A stretch of 64,000 bases of DNA from NCBI GenBank assembly GCA_965649765.1, contig OZ287748.1, forward strand, positions 73,780,001 to 73,844,000, written 5' to 3'. The notes under the pieces are model-generated. The model saw nothing but the letters and a program-made list of their open reading frames with translations. It made no database searches and had not been told where the DNA came from. A program made the position numbers and the translations under genes. Shown in pieces: positions 51,498 to 64,000 of this stretch. The stretch is from Bispira polyomma (Eukaryota). Position 1 is the first letter of the stretch. Each line of letters opens with the position of its first letter.

Positions 51498-53347
51498 GCT
51501 TACTGCAAACAAAGGTTATGTTCAGACAATCTTAATAAAAATAATAAAGTCTCCAATAAAATCAATACACTTTGTGCTTTTAGTAGACAATACAGATAAG
51601 TATTTATAATATAGTATTTCAACAGTAATGGTTCAGTCACAGTTGAGTGTAAGTTTGATAATGATGCAGTTACCAAGATCACAGCTTTATATACACATAG
51701 GTCAAAAGAAGAAGTCATTCACAATTGCTATTTATTATATTAGATTGCAATCCAGCCAAGAGATCTACCTGCCTACTCATCTGGGTCTAGCCTGAGTACA
51801 TGATTCCTTGACATAGATACCTACTCAACAATTAGCAGGGTGGAGAACATATACAGTTATTTTATAATTTAATTGCAGCAGTTAGAGCAGTAATTGCAAT
51901 TATTTATTTGATTACCAGACTTCTTGGCATAAATACCTACTCAGCAATTAGTAAGGGGGGAGAGTCAGTTTTATCATGAATTACTTGCAGTAATTACAAT
52001 TAGACATATAGCCTTACTGAGTTCTTAATATGATAATGTAGGTCTGTAAGGAGTTCACTTTTATAAACTGTATTACATAATTCAAATAAGTAGGGATTTT
52101 TTCCTACTGGGAAGTTAAATTGAAATAACTCGGGGAACTTTAATAATGTAGGCAAAAATGGGAGTTCTAGTTTAATTTTGAGTTGTTGTGTTGCACATAT
52201 AAAGATGAAATAAGCATGATATCCACTTAATACAGATTGATCTAGTGGACTAGTATATTTATCTACAAAATATAACTATCTAATAAGTTAAGTTATAGCA
52301 ATAAATTACAAAAAAACAATAATTAGACACCTTTAATAGTTACCATTTTGTTAGAGTTACTGAGTAATTTTCAACAGGTCATATAATTTATTAATTTGTA
52401 TTTATTTATTATAGTGACAGGCAATACATACATCTATATCAAAATTGCCCAGCCCAAATGGGCTTAGAAGTCACTTTTATTTTACATTATTTTAGGTAAG
52501 ATGTATAACTGGTAAAATGTACACCTTATTGCAATCAAGTAATTGAGGCACCAATGTAGGACAGTTGAACATGGAATGAAGCTCTAAACACACCTGAGTA
52601 AAGTTAACAATAAATATTTTAAAATCCACCAGAAATATACATCTTATATTATTGGGCCACATAATTCACAAAAATGGTAATACATTTTTATAACTGTACA
52701 ATCTTAAATTCCTCCTTGATTACATTGCAAAACTTACGGTACATTAATTAATTTACTTTATTTTTCAAAAATATTACATATTTATTGTGCAAATTTATTT
52801 CTGAATATATGTATACTTCATTCATTTATTCTTTTTTATATCCTACAGCAAAATATTTTTAATTTTCAAGTTTTAAACTTTAAATTATGATTATAACAAG
52901 AAGTCCACTAAATACAGCTGTTTATTTCCTCATTAAGATCCAGCTGATGCCAAACACAATATTGCAATCACACATTCCTACTCAGCTACAATTGCTACAG
53001 AGTATCTATATATATACTCAGGCCCTCAAATAATTGGGGAGTAGTTATTTATGTCAAGAAATCAGTACTCAGGCAGCAGCCAGTTAAGAGTAGGGAAATG
53101 GAAACTCAATTTAAATTGGGAGAATTCAACAAAAGAGCAAGATGACTCTGCTATATAAAGGGTACAAGTAGATAGTTGGTTCATTATCAAACTTGCCTCC
53201 AGCATGTAAGCACATTCTCAATTAATATATGTTAAACTATTGAACAACACCTGTGAATTTAATAGCATAGGCAGTGACAAGCTTTACTATAAGTAACGAA
53301 ACCAACTAGAAAATTCAAAATTTCTATCAAGTTTTTGATAATATAAC

Positions 53348-54590
53348 ATGGAAGGTTTTCTGCTACTATTAGTCCTGCTTTTATCACCAATGACCTCAGC
53401 TGTAACCCAAGACAAAGCTGTAACCTTGAGTCAATGTCGAGCCCAGTGTAGCTCCCATTACATTAGAGAGATCACCACCAGAAGAGACCAGCCCTGTGTG
53501 AGAAGTGAGGAGTGTCTAGACTGCTGGCAAACCTGTCACCGACTAGTGCTACAGAATCAGGCCTCGAAATGTGGACAAGAGGCTGGAGTCTGTTCTGGAG
53601 GCTGTCAGACCAGTCGTGATTTTATCAGCGAAGTTATAAAATCACAGTTGAGTGAAGGGCAGAATTTTACAGAGGAGAGCTATACACTGACCACAGAAGT
53701 GACCACGAACAACAACACATTCTTTGTCATTCATGTACACCTGACTACTAATGAAGACTTTGATCATGGAAGAGTTGTATATTCCTTGCTGCACAAACAA
53801 AAGACCAGTCCTGAGTGGAGATATTACTCATCTAGCATGGACAGTCAACTGTATGTAGTAGGAACTCACTCCATGTATGAGGATGTAGAGTTCAAGGTCA
53901 TGGCCTTTACACCAGAGGGCATTGTGGGAAGTACAGCACTAGTGCACAGTGACCTGAAGGACAGAGTGGCAGAAAAAGCAGCAGAAACAACAATTACAAC
54001 AACTACAGAGAATGTGGAAAGTCTGAGTAGTGAGGCCAGTACTGAAGAACTGACCACAGAGGAGGTCACTGAGTACACAAGTAGTGAGTACATTAAGAGT
54101 ACAAGTGTACTTTATAGTACAGGTGTACTTAGTACTACAGAGATACAGGAGCAGAGTAGTAGTTCATCCAGTGAGAAGAGACAGTGTAGATAGAGTAGAG
54201 GAAAGCAGTAGACATACACAGACTGTAGTCATAGTTCTGACTCTACTCCTGTCTACTCTCACTGCTACTGTCCTAGTTTTGCTCTGGTTACATATCCGAC
54301 TCCTCAGAATCATAAAGAGACAGTCCAGATTTAACCAGCTCAGAAGAAACAGACCAATCTATAAAGGTGGACATCAAGGACAGACAAAGCCTCAAACCCA
54401 GAAATCTGAATGTCAAGTGATGTTACACTCTGAGCCTGATCAAATGAAGAGTTTGCCTTGTGTTTTTAGGGATACAGCAGTTGTAGTTAATATGGACTTC
54501 AGTAGAGAGGAGATGTCAGTGTGTATTGATCCACTGGGTCCTCCTAAACACTCACACTTTGATCTGAGTCTGGATATTTTTGACTGTTAA
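53348..54590 (+). pseudogene. Paralog C2: same pre-TM frameshift as C1; ORF 53348-54193, 281 aa, plus a Cys-to-Arg change
   Basis: Same GA deletion; CQTSRDF instead of CQTSCDF; TM/tail sequence is A-like. Confidence 0.8.
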
Positions 54591-54882
54591 GATTAATGTT
54601 GTTATTGTTTTGTATGTAATTGTTAAGTTTTCTCTTGTCTGTGTATATATAACATTGTTATAAGTTGTATGATATACATGCATGTCTAAATTATTGAGTT
54701 GTTTATAAGATACTAATAAAAATATGAACTTAAGAAACAATTTTTTGTCATTTGATTGCTTTAGTCAACTCTATTTATAAACTGCTGCTACTTCTAGTAG
54801 CTTTAGGGTGTTGTTGATAGGAGAGAAATACAATGTATAACATAATCCAAGTCCAAAAAACTCATGGAATTGACTGCACTGC

Positions 54883-54980
54883 TAGTTTGTGGCTAGATAG
54901 TAGGGAAAGAAGCCCATGAAAAAAGTCCACCATATGGTGGACCTTTTTCATGGGCTTCTATACCTAGTGACAGCCAAACT
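54883..54980. repeat. Near-perfect palindrome / foldback element
   Basis: Core 54908-54959 AGAAGCCCATGAAAAAAGTCCACCAT|ATGGTGGACCTTTTTCATGGGCTTCT with one mismatch, and looser outer arms. Confidence 0.85.
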
Positions 54981-57854
54981 AAAGGATCTTGGGGATACAT
55001 GTATTGAAAAATGGTCCATGATAAATGGACCATAAACTCTTATAAGCTCATAGCCCTTGTCAAAAGTTACTAGTCCTGATATTTTTGCATCCACATGGTT
55101 CTAAAGTGCATAACTTCTTCATTACACTAGTACTTAGTTAAGTTCAAACTACCAAGGGTTTTCTCACTTTTTATAAAGTTGCTGATGTTTCTTTTACAAA
55201 TCCTACATTTTCTTACCTTGATAAAAAGAATTATTCAAGTCGAGTACAGAGCGTAGATACCAAGCCATAACTTGCACTACAGGAGATGCACAGGACATAA
55301 AGATGACGCAAAATGGAGAAGATGATAGATATAAATATCACAACAAGAGCTTTATACTTTCTTATTTTCATAGCCTAAGTAAAAAGTATATGGACAACAA
55401 ACCACCAGAGATTTGGCATACTGTGTACAATTGTGTAAAAGCCAGTCAGTGTAGTTGTATAATTTTATTAAATAACTTTACAGGTGTTTTGCACCTCCAG
55501 TACAAAGGTGTGATGTCTGGGTGCATATAAATTACATTTATTAAATAACACATGCAAATTGTACAAACACAGCACTGCTTCTTCTTTTTTATATTTATTT
55601 ATATGGATAGAAATATACAAAACAACATAACAACGCAATATAATAATAATATTATTATTAATTGTATTAACATAAATATATATATATATGGAATACAGTA
55701 AGGTATATATACTACAACACTGTTTAAAATCTCATGAGGTAATATATTTACCTTAAAATGAATAGGTTGGTGAAAATGAACGAATGGTTAATCAGACGAA
55801 ATTCTGCAAACCCTAAGCACACAAACTGTTCTATAAAAGGGAAACATATTTCAGCTGTTCTTATCTTTGTCACTAGAATTACACAAAAAGTAGTGAACAT
55901 GAACATTTGGTGGAGAGATGGGACATGGGCCAAGGAAAAATTCATTGATTTGGGTTTTTTTGGCAGTGGATCTGAATGAAAAGAATTTTTTGAGCACATT
56001 AAATATTTCCCTATTCCCAAGCTTGGAATAGAGTGTGAAATTAACGTATTTACAATAAAATAAAGATATCAAATCAATTACATATTTCACAGATTGAACC
56101 AATAATATATTGGTTTAAATAAATTAGCAATATATTTTAGCTCTTTCAAAACAACATATCTAATATATTACAGAAAAAAAAACAACCAATAAAATGACAA
56201 ACTAGCGCAGCTTAAATAGTTTGGATTTGACTGACTTAATGTTTAAGATGTTCAGAGAAAATTGCCACAAGACGTCAGGGACCCAAAAGTGTCTCGAGAA
56301 CAAAATTGTGTAGTTTTATAAATATGGCCCCTGTTTTCCAAAGCCCAACTACATTCTTAGGGCCACTACTAGCAACTTCCTTGGTACTAGTAGACTTGTT
56401 GTGACCATAGAAAATACTACATCACACCATAATCTAATGACTCCACTATCCATAAAATTCAGTAGGTCCTTACACCTTTGTGAGTATCATGAGTCAGTGT
56501 AGCAGCCATTTCTATGGCCTTGGCCACTTCAAAATTTACATGGACTTTCTATTGATTTTACTGAGCCAGTGCCAGAGCCAGTGCTGCCACCTTTCTACAA
56601 AAGGTAGAACTTATAGGGTAATACACCTTGGGGCTTTGTAAAATAGGGGCATGATCGTTTAAATTCTACTAGAGATACAGAAGCACCACAATATATATAG
56701 CAATATAGTATTGGTTTTACATAGCAATCTTAACAAAAGGGTTTTAATATCAGTGGGTTTTTAAAATATATTCTGAATCACACGTCATGTGAAGGAATTG
56801 GCAAGTTTATGTAAGACTTAAAATACTTTGACTAGTTTAAGATTTATGCAGTCACACCAATATAACCACAAAAAACAACAGATTTCTGCCAAGTCACTAA
56901 TAAGATTTTTGTTTTAGTACAATGTACTTATAATACAGTAGAACCTCAATTATCTAAACATGTTGAGGGAGTAAGATTTTGTTTGAATAATAGAAGGTTA
57001 ATAAAATGAAAGAGATATATTTTAGTATAAAACAATAGGAAAACATGAATTTGAGAGGGTGGAAATGTGTTCATAAAATCGGCTACATGTATATATTAAT
57101 CTCCATACAAGAGTCACCTGTGCTAAAACCACACAAATTATCTACATTATAAACATGGAATGTCTAATGACAAGAAAAAAAAACACATCACCAAACAATA
57201 TATATATAAATTATATATATTGAGTATAAATTACAGTAATGGCAAGATATGAACATATGCTGATAATTAAATGCCAGTATTATTCACCCTGGTTCCATAT
57301 TTTATTTTTCTGTGCATTATTTAAATACATAACGAACAACACATACACACTTTAGAACATTGGTATTTAAACTTACTACAACATCAGGATATTTAGGGTA
57401 CAAGTAGTTTCTGAAAATACAGATTAATAATGGAGAGTTAGTTTAGTTTGAAACATATTTTATTGGCAACAATCATTGAATACAAATTCTATTAGGGCCC
57501 TCTTTGCAAGATGAGGTATTATATACAGATGTAATAATAAGATGGATTGGGAGCTTTATGAATAGCGGTATAGATACAACAAGTGGGGTTTACATGTATG
57601 TACTGACCCTGCCGGGATGATTTGGTTCTTTAAATTCCCTAGCTTACAACATTTTGAACCATATATGACTGTTTACATTTAATCATTAATAAATATTTAG
57701 CTTGACATAACTTTTTACACATATGCAGTTCTAATATTAATATGCAGTTAATGCACACACGCACATATACAGGTTTTATACATTTTGTGAGATCAATTAA
57801 TTTGCTTAAATCGACAAAAGTAGACGCAGACACAGACATTACCCACAGACAATA

Positions 57855-57975
57855 CAGTAGAACCTCTGTTATACGAACATGTTAGGGGAGAGTAAGATAT
57901 TTGCTATAAAAGAAAAGGAAAATAATGGCGACAAATATTCGGATGTCCAAAGTTTGTATAATAGAGGCTTTACTG
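57855..57975. mobile_element. Tc1/mariner-type MITE
   Basis: TA-CAGTAGAACCTCTGTTATAC ... GTATAATAGAGGCTTTACTG-TA. Related ends near 6407, 23140 and 56935. Confidence 0.75.
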
Positions 57976-59716
57976 TAATTTGCTACTGATCCTGATTGTA
58001 TAACTTATTTTAACAAAAACACAAAGTTTTGACATTTTAACTACAGAACTTTGTTATAACTTTATTATAACTTTTTTAACTTGTTACAAACAGTAAACAA
58101 TGGAATGTGAAAATGAACAGGGGTAAATTGTTTAACAATTACACCGAAAATTAAACGCCTTGAAAATCTTGTGGAATGCAGCAAAAATATGATAGAGAGA
58201 AATACACCATAGACATGTAAAATCATCCGAGAATGGAATGTAATGAAAAATAAAATAGTTCATTCAAAAAACTGACATCTGGAATGATAGAAGCAAAAGT
58301 AGAGTATAGCTAAAGTAAATGTATATTATAGCGATGGTAAAACAAGTCTGTCACACTGTTAAGAATTTGCAAGTAGTACATCTATTTATAGCAGGTTTAA
58401 GCGTTAAACAAGGTAAAATGTGGTTTAAAAAGCAACAAATCACATTATTTCATTTGACCTTTCAATATGGTCCCCCCAAAAAGTTTCTATTAATGCAAAA
58501 CAGTTTTAAAACATATTTGAAATGGTTCCATTAGTCAGACACATCCTTCATTGTCCAATGAAACTGTAGTTTAAAACAGTCTTATTGATTGAAATCGGCT
58601 CCAAAGTTTCTGTCCTGTGATTCTATGCCAAAGAATGTCTCTAGTTTGAATTCATACAAACTTACTAATATTATCCAACAGAAAGGCTTGTTACAGTTTT
58701 TAACCTCTAATATGAGATTTAATTGGTAGATAATTGTTGTCTACTCAAATTAGAATACATCCACAACATCTAGTTATAAGATACCAATAAAACAACAGTA
58801 ACAAACTGAGGTGTCAAGAAATGCTGTAATAAAGTAAAGACTAAAACTCTCTACTTCTGAAATTAAGATTGCGTACACTGTGGGTTTTATCACTTGTCCT
58901 GTTTAAATAATCGAACTTCTGGACTAAGACTAAGATTAAACTCAAATAAAGTCTGCTATTCACTGTACATGCAGCAAACCTAGACTTGTGACCATTGCTT
59001 TTTATAAAAGCTTTCAGCACTAAATTTAAATATGCAGTCAGATTTTACTTCAATTTACTTTAACCAGAAATATGGAAACTTCAGATTTGAGCTTGAGTTG
59101 AGATATGTTTCTATGAGAATATGGCTCCTTGACTTTTAAACTCTTCGATAAAAATAAAGACTCATATAACTCAACCATATATTTTTATGTTCAAATGTTC
59201 TTTACTTGTAAGTGTTACAAGTTACAACCACACCAAACATAAAATTGTTACATAACTTTAAAAGTAAAGTCAACTACAGTAATTCATGTTTTTTAACACT
59301 TTTGTTTTCTTTAAAACAGATTTCACCTTCTCCTTGACAGTTTTTCTTTCAACATATCACTTGTACTTTTCTGAGACATGCTATAGAGCTATTTCAACAG
59401 TCTTGTGTCAATATCACAGCACAGTGTTACACCTGTATCATCTGCATAGCAATACATATCAATTCTTTTCCAATTCTTCTGGTACGTCTGTTAGATAATG
59501 ACACCAAAAACAGTTCACCCTTGAAACCTGGAGCCTTAAACCATTCTCGGAATGCCATTCTAAGAATTTTCTTTGTGTCAGAAAATCAGGGTGCTTTTTA
59601 TGTAATTTGCTAAGCCAATAAGATTCGTTATTACATATTGTTACACATGTCCAGTACTATTCTAGCTGATGTGACATGGCACGTGACTGGGTTTCTTGAG
59701 TATTCTAGTCTTGTGT

Positions 59717-62700
59717 TCACCCTGTGGACAGAAGTGTGTGGGCAACTTGGGAGAAGCTGAGTAGTGGGTTCTCTACTGACCGCTCACCATCCCTCAATAT
59801 AGCAGCCTAAAAACACATAAATTACAGCGGTTAACATCAGTAAGGTATGATAGTTGTAAGACTTTGCAGTCTTATTAAAAACACCATGCATGTCTACTAT
59901 ATCATAGCAGTTTAAATTATATAAGGGTTCCTATCTCTCACAAACAAATTCTTAATATACACAATCTATGTCAAAGAAATAGAATTTCTATCATTTAGCG
60001 CCCAAATAAAAAATGTCACCCAGAGAAAAGGATGTCACATTAACCAAAACAACTTGTGTTATTTGTTATGTTTAAAGAACTCTAAAATTAAAGTTCTTAA
60101 TGCTAAATATCGAGGGTGTTGAGGTTACGTTTATATTGATTTATAGTCTTAAAGCTGTTTACATTTTTCCATAAATTAAACTAACTATTAAGGGGTTTTA
60201 ACATAACACTAATATTGATTGATGGACCAGAAACTCCATTTACTACATTTTCTATAAATTAAACTAAATATCGAAGGATTGTTAAGGTTACGTACCTACC
60301 TTGGCTGGTTCTATGATGTGTGCCCTCGTGTGTGCCAGGACTGAGGACTCCCCACACGGTCTCTGGAGGGACTCGTGGGTAGCGCCGTGGGCGGGAATGT
60401 GCCAGTCATATGGAGATGATTGGGGGTTGATGGCTCCTCCAGGGTGAGGATGGTGGAGCCAGGAGGAACAGGAGCGTACCACTGGTACTGCTATACCACG
60501 ACAGTTGTCTGTGCTATGTGACCTGTGGGATTAGACAGCAATAATTTATTGTATTATAGATTTTTAATGCACCTTATTGATGAGAGACATCTTCTAAAGT
60601 GCAACAACAGAATCAGTTAACCAATAGAGAAGTCCAAAAACATAGCCAAGGTATATACTGGCTACTCAGTGGGTTTCTAAGTTCTGATAAAGTTTGATTA
60701 TACATATATCTTTTACAACAGACTATAATCAAAATATAAACTGTTCAATATTCCAAAGTATGAAATACATGTTAAATGTCATCCAAAGTTTAAATACCTT
60801 GGGAGAGCAAGATTTTGTTTTTAAAAGAGAAGGTTATAAAATGGAAGAGGCTGTGCTTTTACATAACCAATCAGGATAAGGTACAGTAGTAATGAGGTTA
60901 CAAAGTAAATATTAAGATAACAGGGGACATAATTACCACAGGTTATAAACTCAAAGGTTTTAGCATAGAACTTGAATTAGTCTGTAGTCAGATTTTGACA
61001 TACTTATGTTGCACAAAGATACCGCAGGATCCCATATTTTGAGAATACGACCTCTGATCAACATAGATCCAGATGTTTGGATGCCATCTGATAGTTTTCT
61101 TAATTAAAACACACATTAAAACACAAAATTCTTAAAAATCCTCACCTGCTGTCTACTAGTTTCCCACCACTTGCAGTTGTGTGGTCTGGACTCATGGCTG
61201 ATGTTGGACTGGGGTTACTCAGTGCAGACGTGTTCTCACTATTGCTACCTGTGGATGGGACATGCATGCCGCCACCACCACCTCCGCCACTGTGCTGAGA
61301 ACTCTCCGTCTTACCCACAAACGTGGGCCAACTGTTCAGTTCGCAGTCCGAGTGTTGTGTGGCCTGGGGTGTGGATGGATGGTGCTGTCCATTGTTAGTG
61401 TTTGTGCTATAATTAGTGGTGGTCGGAGATTTCTCACAGCGAGGACTAGTACTACGTATGACAGATGTGTAGCCTGAGAGCGGCTGTTGTTGCAGCTGTT
61501 GCTGTGACAACACCACCACTCCTGAGGCTTTGTCTGTACAGTTCTGCACATTCTGAACAACACCGCAGCCGCTACTACTGCTATTGTTGTTAGACTGATG
61601 ATGATGGTAGTCCGATGATGTGCCGTTGTTGGTGGTTTCCTTCGCTGAGTAGGCGCCTACTAAGTTTTGACTAGTGTGTCGACTACTAGTGAGATCGTTG
61701 TTGTGAGTGTTTACTACAGGACAGGAGGACAAGGATGGAGGTGAACCGATAGGAGTGCCGTCGGGATTACACTGCAGTAATCCACTGGTGGAATTCATGA
61801 GGTGACCCCCCGAGCTCTCGTAGAGGGAGGACTTGCGTAAGGACTCGTAGGAGCCGTTTAATCGGGAGGAGAGCTTATCGTCCGCGCCTTGAGTCTCGTA
61901 CCCCCGGTAGGAAGAGGATTCATACTTGGGACTGTCGTAGTAACTGTTTCTCTTGGCCAGGTCTAACCCGTAACCCGAGCCCATGAAGGAGTCGTAACTG
62001 TACTTGGACATGTCGTATCCGTACTTGGAATGCGACACTAAGTCTGAGTAGCCATTGCTGGGATACTGCAGCGAGTGTTGGTAAGGCCGCGTCATGGAGT
62101 CGTAGTAGAAGCCGTTGGTATAGCCGTGTCTGTCCACATCTAACCTGGCAAGACTCTCCGTACCTGGTGGGTACATCCCAGTGGCTGCGAACGAGGGGTA
62201 ACCATTTCTGTAGAGGTCTGCGGCTGTCTCCAGTGACAGGGGGTTGGTGGTGGCTCCTGTAGTGTAAGATGTCAGTAGTTCATTCTTCATGTCGCCACTT
62301 ACTCCATAGCCTGCTGCTGTATAGCCGTTGAGACCAGTGTAGGCTGAGCTGTAGCCATTTAGTCCATTGTAGACCTCTCTGTAAGGGGTCTTCCTCTTCC
62401 TCCCTGCTTGGAGGTAGTCCTTTAACTGTGTCTTAGATTTCTTCTTACTGGGTTTGACCTTGGACAGGTCCTCCTCTTCAAGAGCCGCTCCAAACCCACT
62501 CGGGTCGGCGTCTATGATGGGATACGGCAGTTTGAACTCGGAGCCTCTTTTACCAAACAGGTCTTTCCCTTCATCTTCACTGTAAAAACAAAGGACTGTA
62601 TTAGTAACCTGTTATATTATTTTAACAATGTACAAATATATGGTAAAATTTAACAATTTTAATTTTGCTTAAATTACCCAAAATAAACTTTCATTTTTGG

Positions 62701-63312
62701 GATTCTATACAAACAGTCATTCTTATTTTAATTTTTAAACATTTCTTTTTATTAATTAACTTCTTAAATAAATAATATCAGACTGTATTATTTATATCAG
62801 GCAATATATAAAATTTCTATACTTTCTGTTATCCAAGTGAATTTTCAAACTGACTAATGCATTTTGTTCATATCGCAGGAGTATTGTACTTCTAATAGTT
62901 GCCATAGAATAACTGGCCAGTATATTGGCACCATAAGGTATCTCTTGCATGCATACTTTGTTCTTTGTATTATATAAAGATTATATTAAGATAATATATG
63001 TTTCAAACTGTAATATTTACTCTTTACCTTTGTTTTAAATAACCTACAATAAAAAAATAACCAATTTAAAATGACCTAGATACTGTTGACTGTTAAAGTA
63101 TATTTTAGGGAACATTAATTAATAATTGATGTTTAGATACAACAAAACTAAGTAATCAGTATAATCTTACGTGAGATGCCTGTGAGTACAGATGACAAAG
63201 TCTGGTTTACTGTTTTTATAAACCACCTTGGAACTCGTCTGGAGCCAGATCCAGCGCATGTCTTTGGTCATCAGTCGGTAAGCAATCAGACCAGAACTGC
63301 CTGTCTTAATTA
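59717..63312 (-). CDS. AHR: Aryl hydrocarbon receptor / spineless orthologue, 3' part (PAS-B end and C-terminal region); 5' exons outside the window
   Basis: Exons 63312-63171, 62579-61146, 60522-60300, 59806-59717, GT-AG, phases 2,2,0. KTGSSGLIAYRLMTKDMRWIWLQTSSKVVYKNSKPDFVICTHRHLTEDEG is the AHR/spineless PAS-B/PAC end. The terminal PLLSFSQVAHTLL resembles the protostome AHR C-terminal motif. Confidence 0.92.
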
Positions 63313-64000
63313 CTAGTAACAAAACAAACACAGAGACATTTAATATTAAAAAATAACATGACACAGAACTCTTTTAATTTTTCTCAAAAAAAATGTGCAC
63401 ATGTATGTGTTTTCATAATGGAGTAATATATTTGACATATGCATGTGTACAATATAAACATCTCTTTCCACATAAGGAAACGGCTCAATTTTTTAGAAAA
63501 TATTGTTACTTTTTTTTACCATGAAGTTTGCACAAAAATATGTTAACAAGGTATAACGTTTTGATAAACCATATTAAAAAAAAAAAATCTGTAGATTCTT
63601 AATAAGAGGCATATCGCCTTGGTATCAAAACCGCCAAAATGATATACCTTGTTCGGTCTTGGTTTCCGAATGTGTCTAATTTTATCCAGACCAACAGATA
63701 CTGAAACCAGTTAAGCGTTGTACAGATATATTCATTTTCGTAACCAAACATTTAAATATTTTTTTTAAAAAGACGAGGTAATAGATACATACAAGATGGT
63801 TAAAATTCCATCCTTTGTGACACCTTGTTATTTAATGAACACTGCATTTCTATTACCAGAGCCACAAAGGGGATATACCCACAATATTTTTTTTCTATTT
63901 TTTACTCTATGTACGACTCTCTCATAAACTGAAGAAGATCTGTAAATGAGCTAGTTTTAGATATTTAAACCTGTAACTTGTCCCTTTTTGACTATTTGTA

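Larger units (their letters stand above)
18241..54711 (+). repeat. Tandem segmental duplication, period 18,097 bp
   Basis: All ORFs recur at +18097 (20085/38182, 32171/50268, 35251/53348, stops 18396/36493/54590). Periodicity ends at 36615 vs 54712. Confidence 0.97.

Noticed and set aside
55300-59500. Short ORFs downstream of AHR
   Set aside because: AT-rich with no coding signal; probably AHR 3' UTR or intergenic DNA with MITE fragments, and the UTR end cannot be fixed from sequence alone.
61171-61563. Overlapping short ORFs within the large AHR exon
   Set aside because: Antisense or alternate frames of GC-richer coding sequence.

Overview
AT-rich animal genomic DNA with spliceosomal introns, tRNA-derived SINEs, L2/CR1 LINE fragments and MITEs; probably a mollusc or other lophotrochozoan (inference). 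Left: a complete 10-exon PEX7 gene (1403-11670, +, 325 aa). Right: the last four coding exons of an aryl hydrocarbon receptor/spineless orthologue (59717-63312, -). Between them is a rearranged ~40 kb cluster of a type I membrane protein family with intronless CDS: signal peptide, anosmin-1-like cysteine box, FN3-like beta region, Ser/Thr/Glu stalk, TM helix and a tail ending DIFDC. There are three intact copies (A, B1, B2), two copies frameshifted just before the TM (C1, C2) and three relics (D, E1, E2). The genes sit in head-to-head cassettes that were inverted-duplicated and then tandem-duplicated with an 18,097 bp period, with signs of gene conversion. The duplicated unit also carries an unrecognised 4-exon membrane-protein gene with an ACGT/CRE-rich promoter. 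PEX7 introns contain minisatellites that multiply splice donors and acceptors. All alignments and counts were done by eye; no database searches were run.
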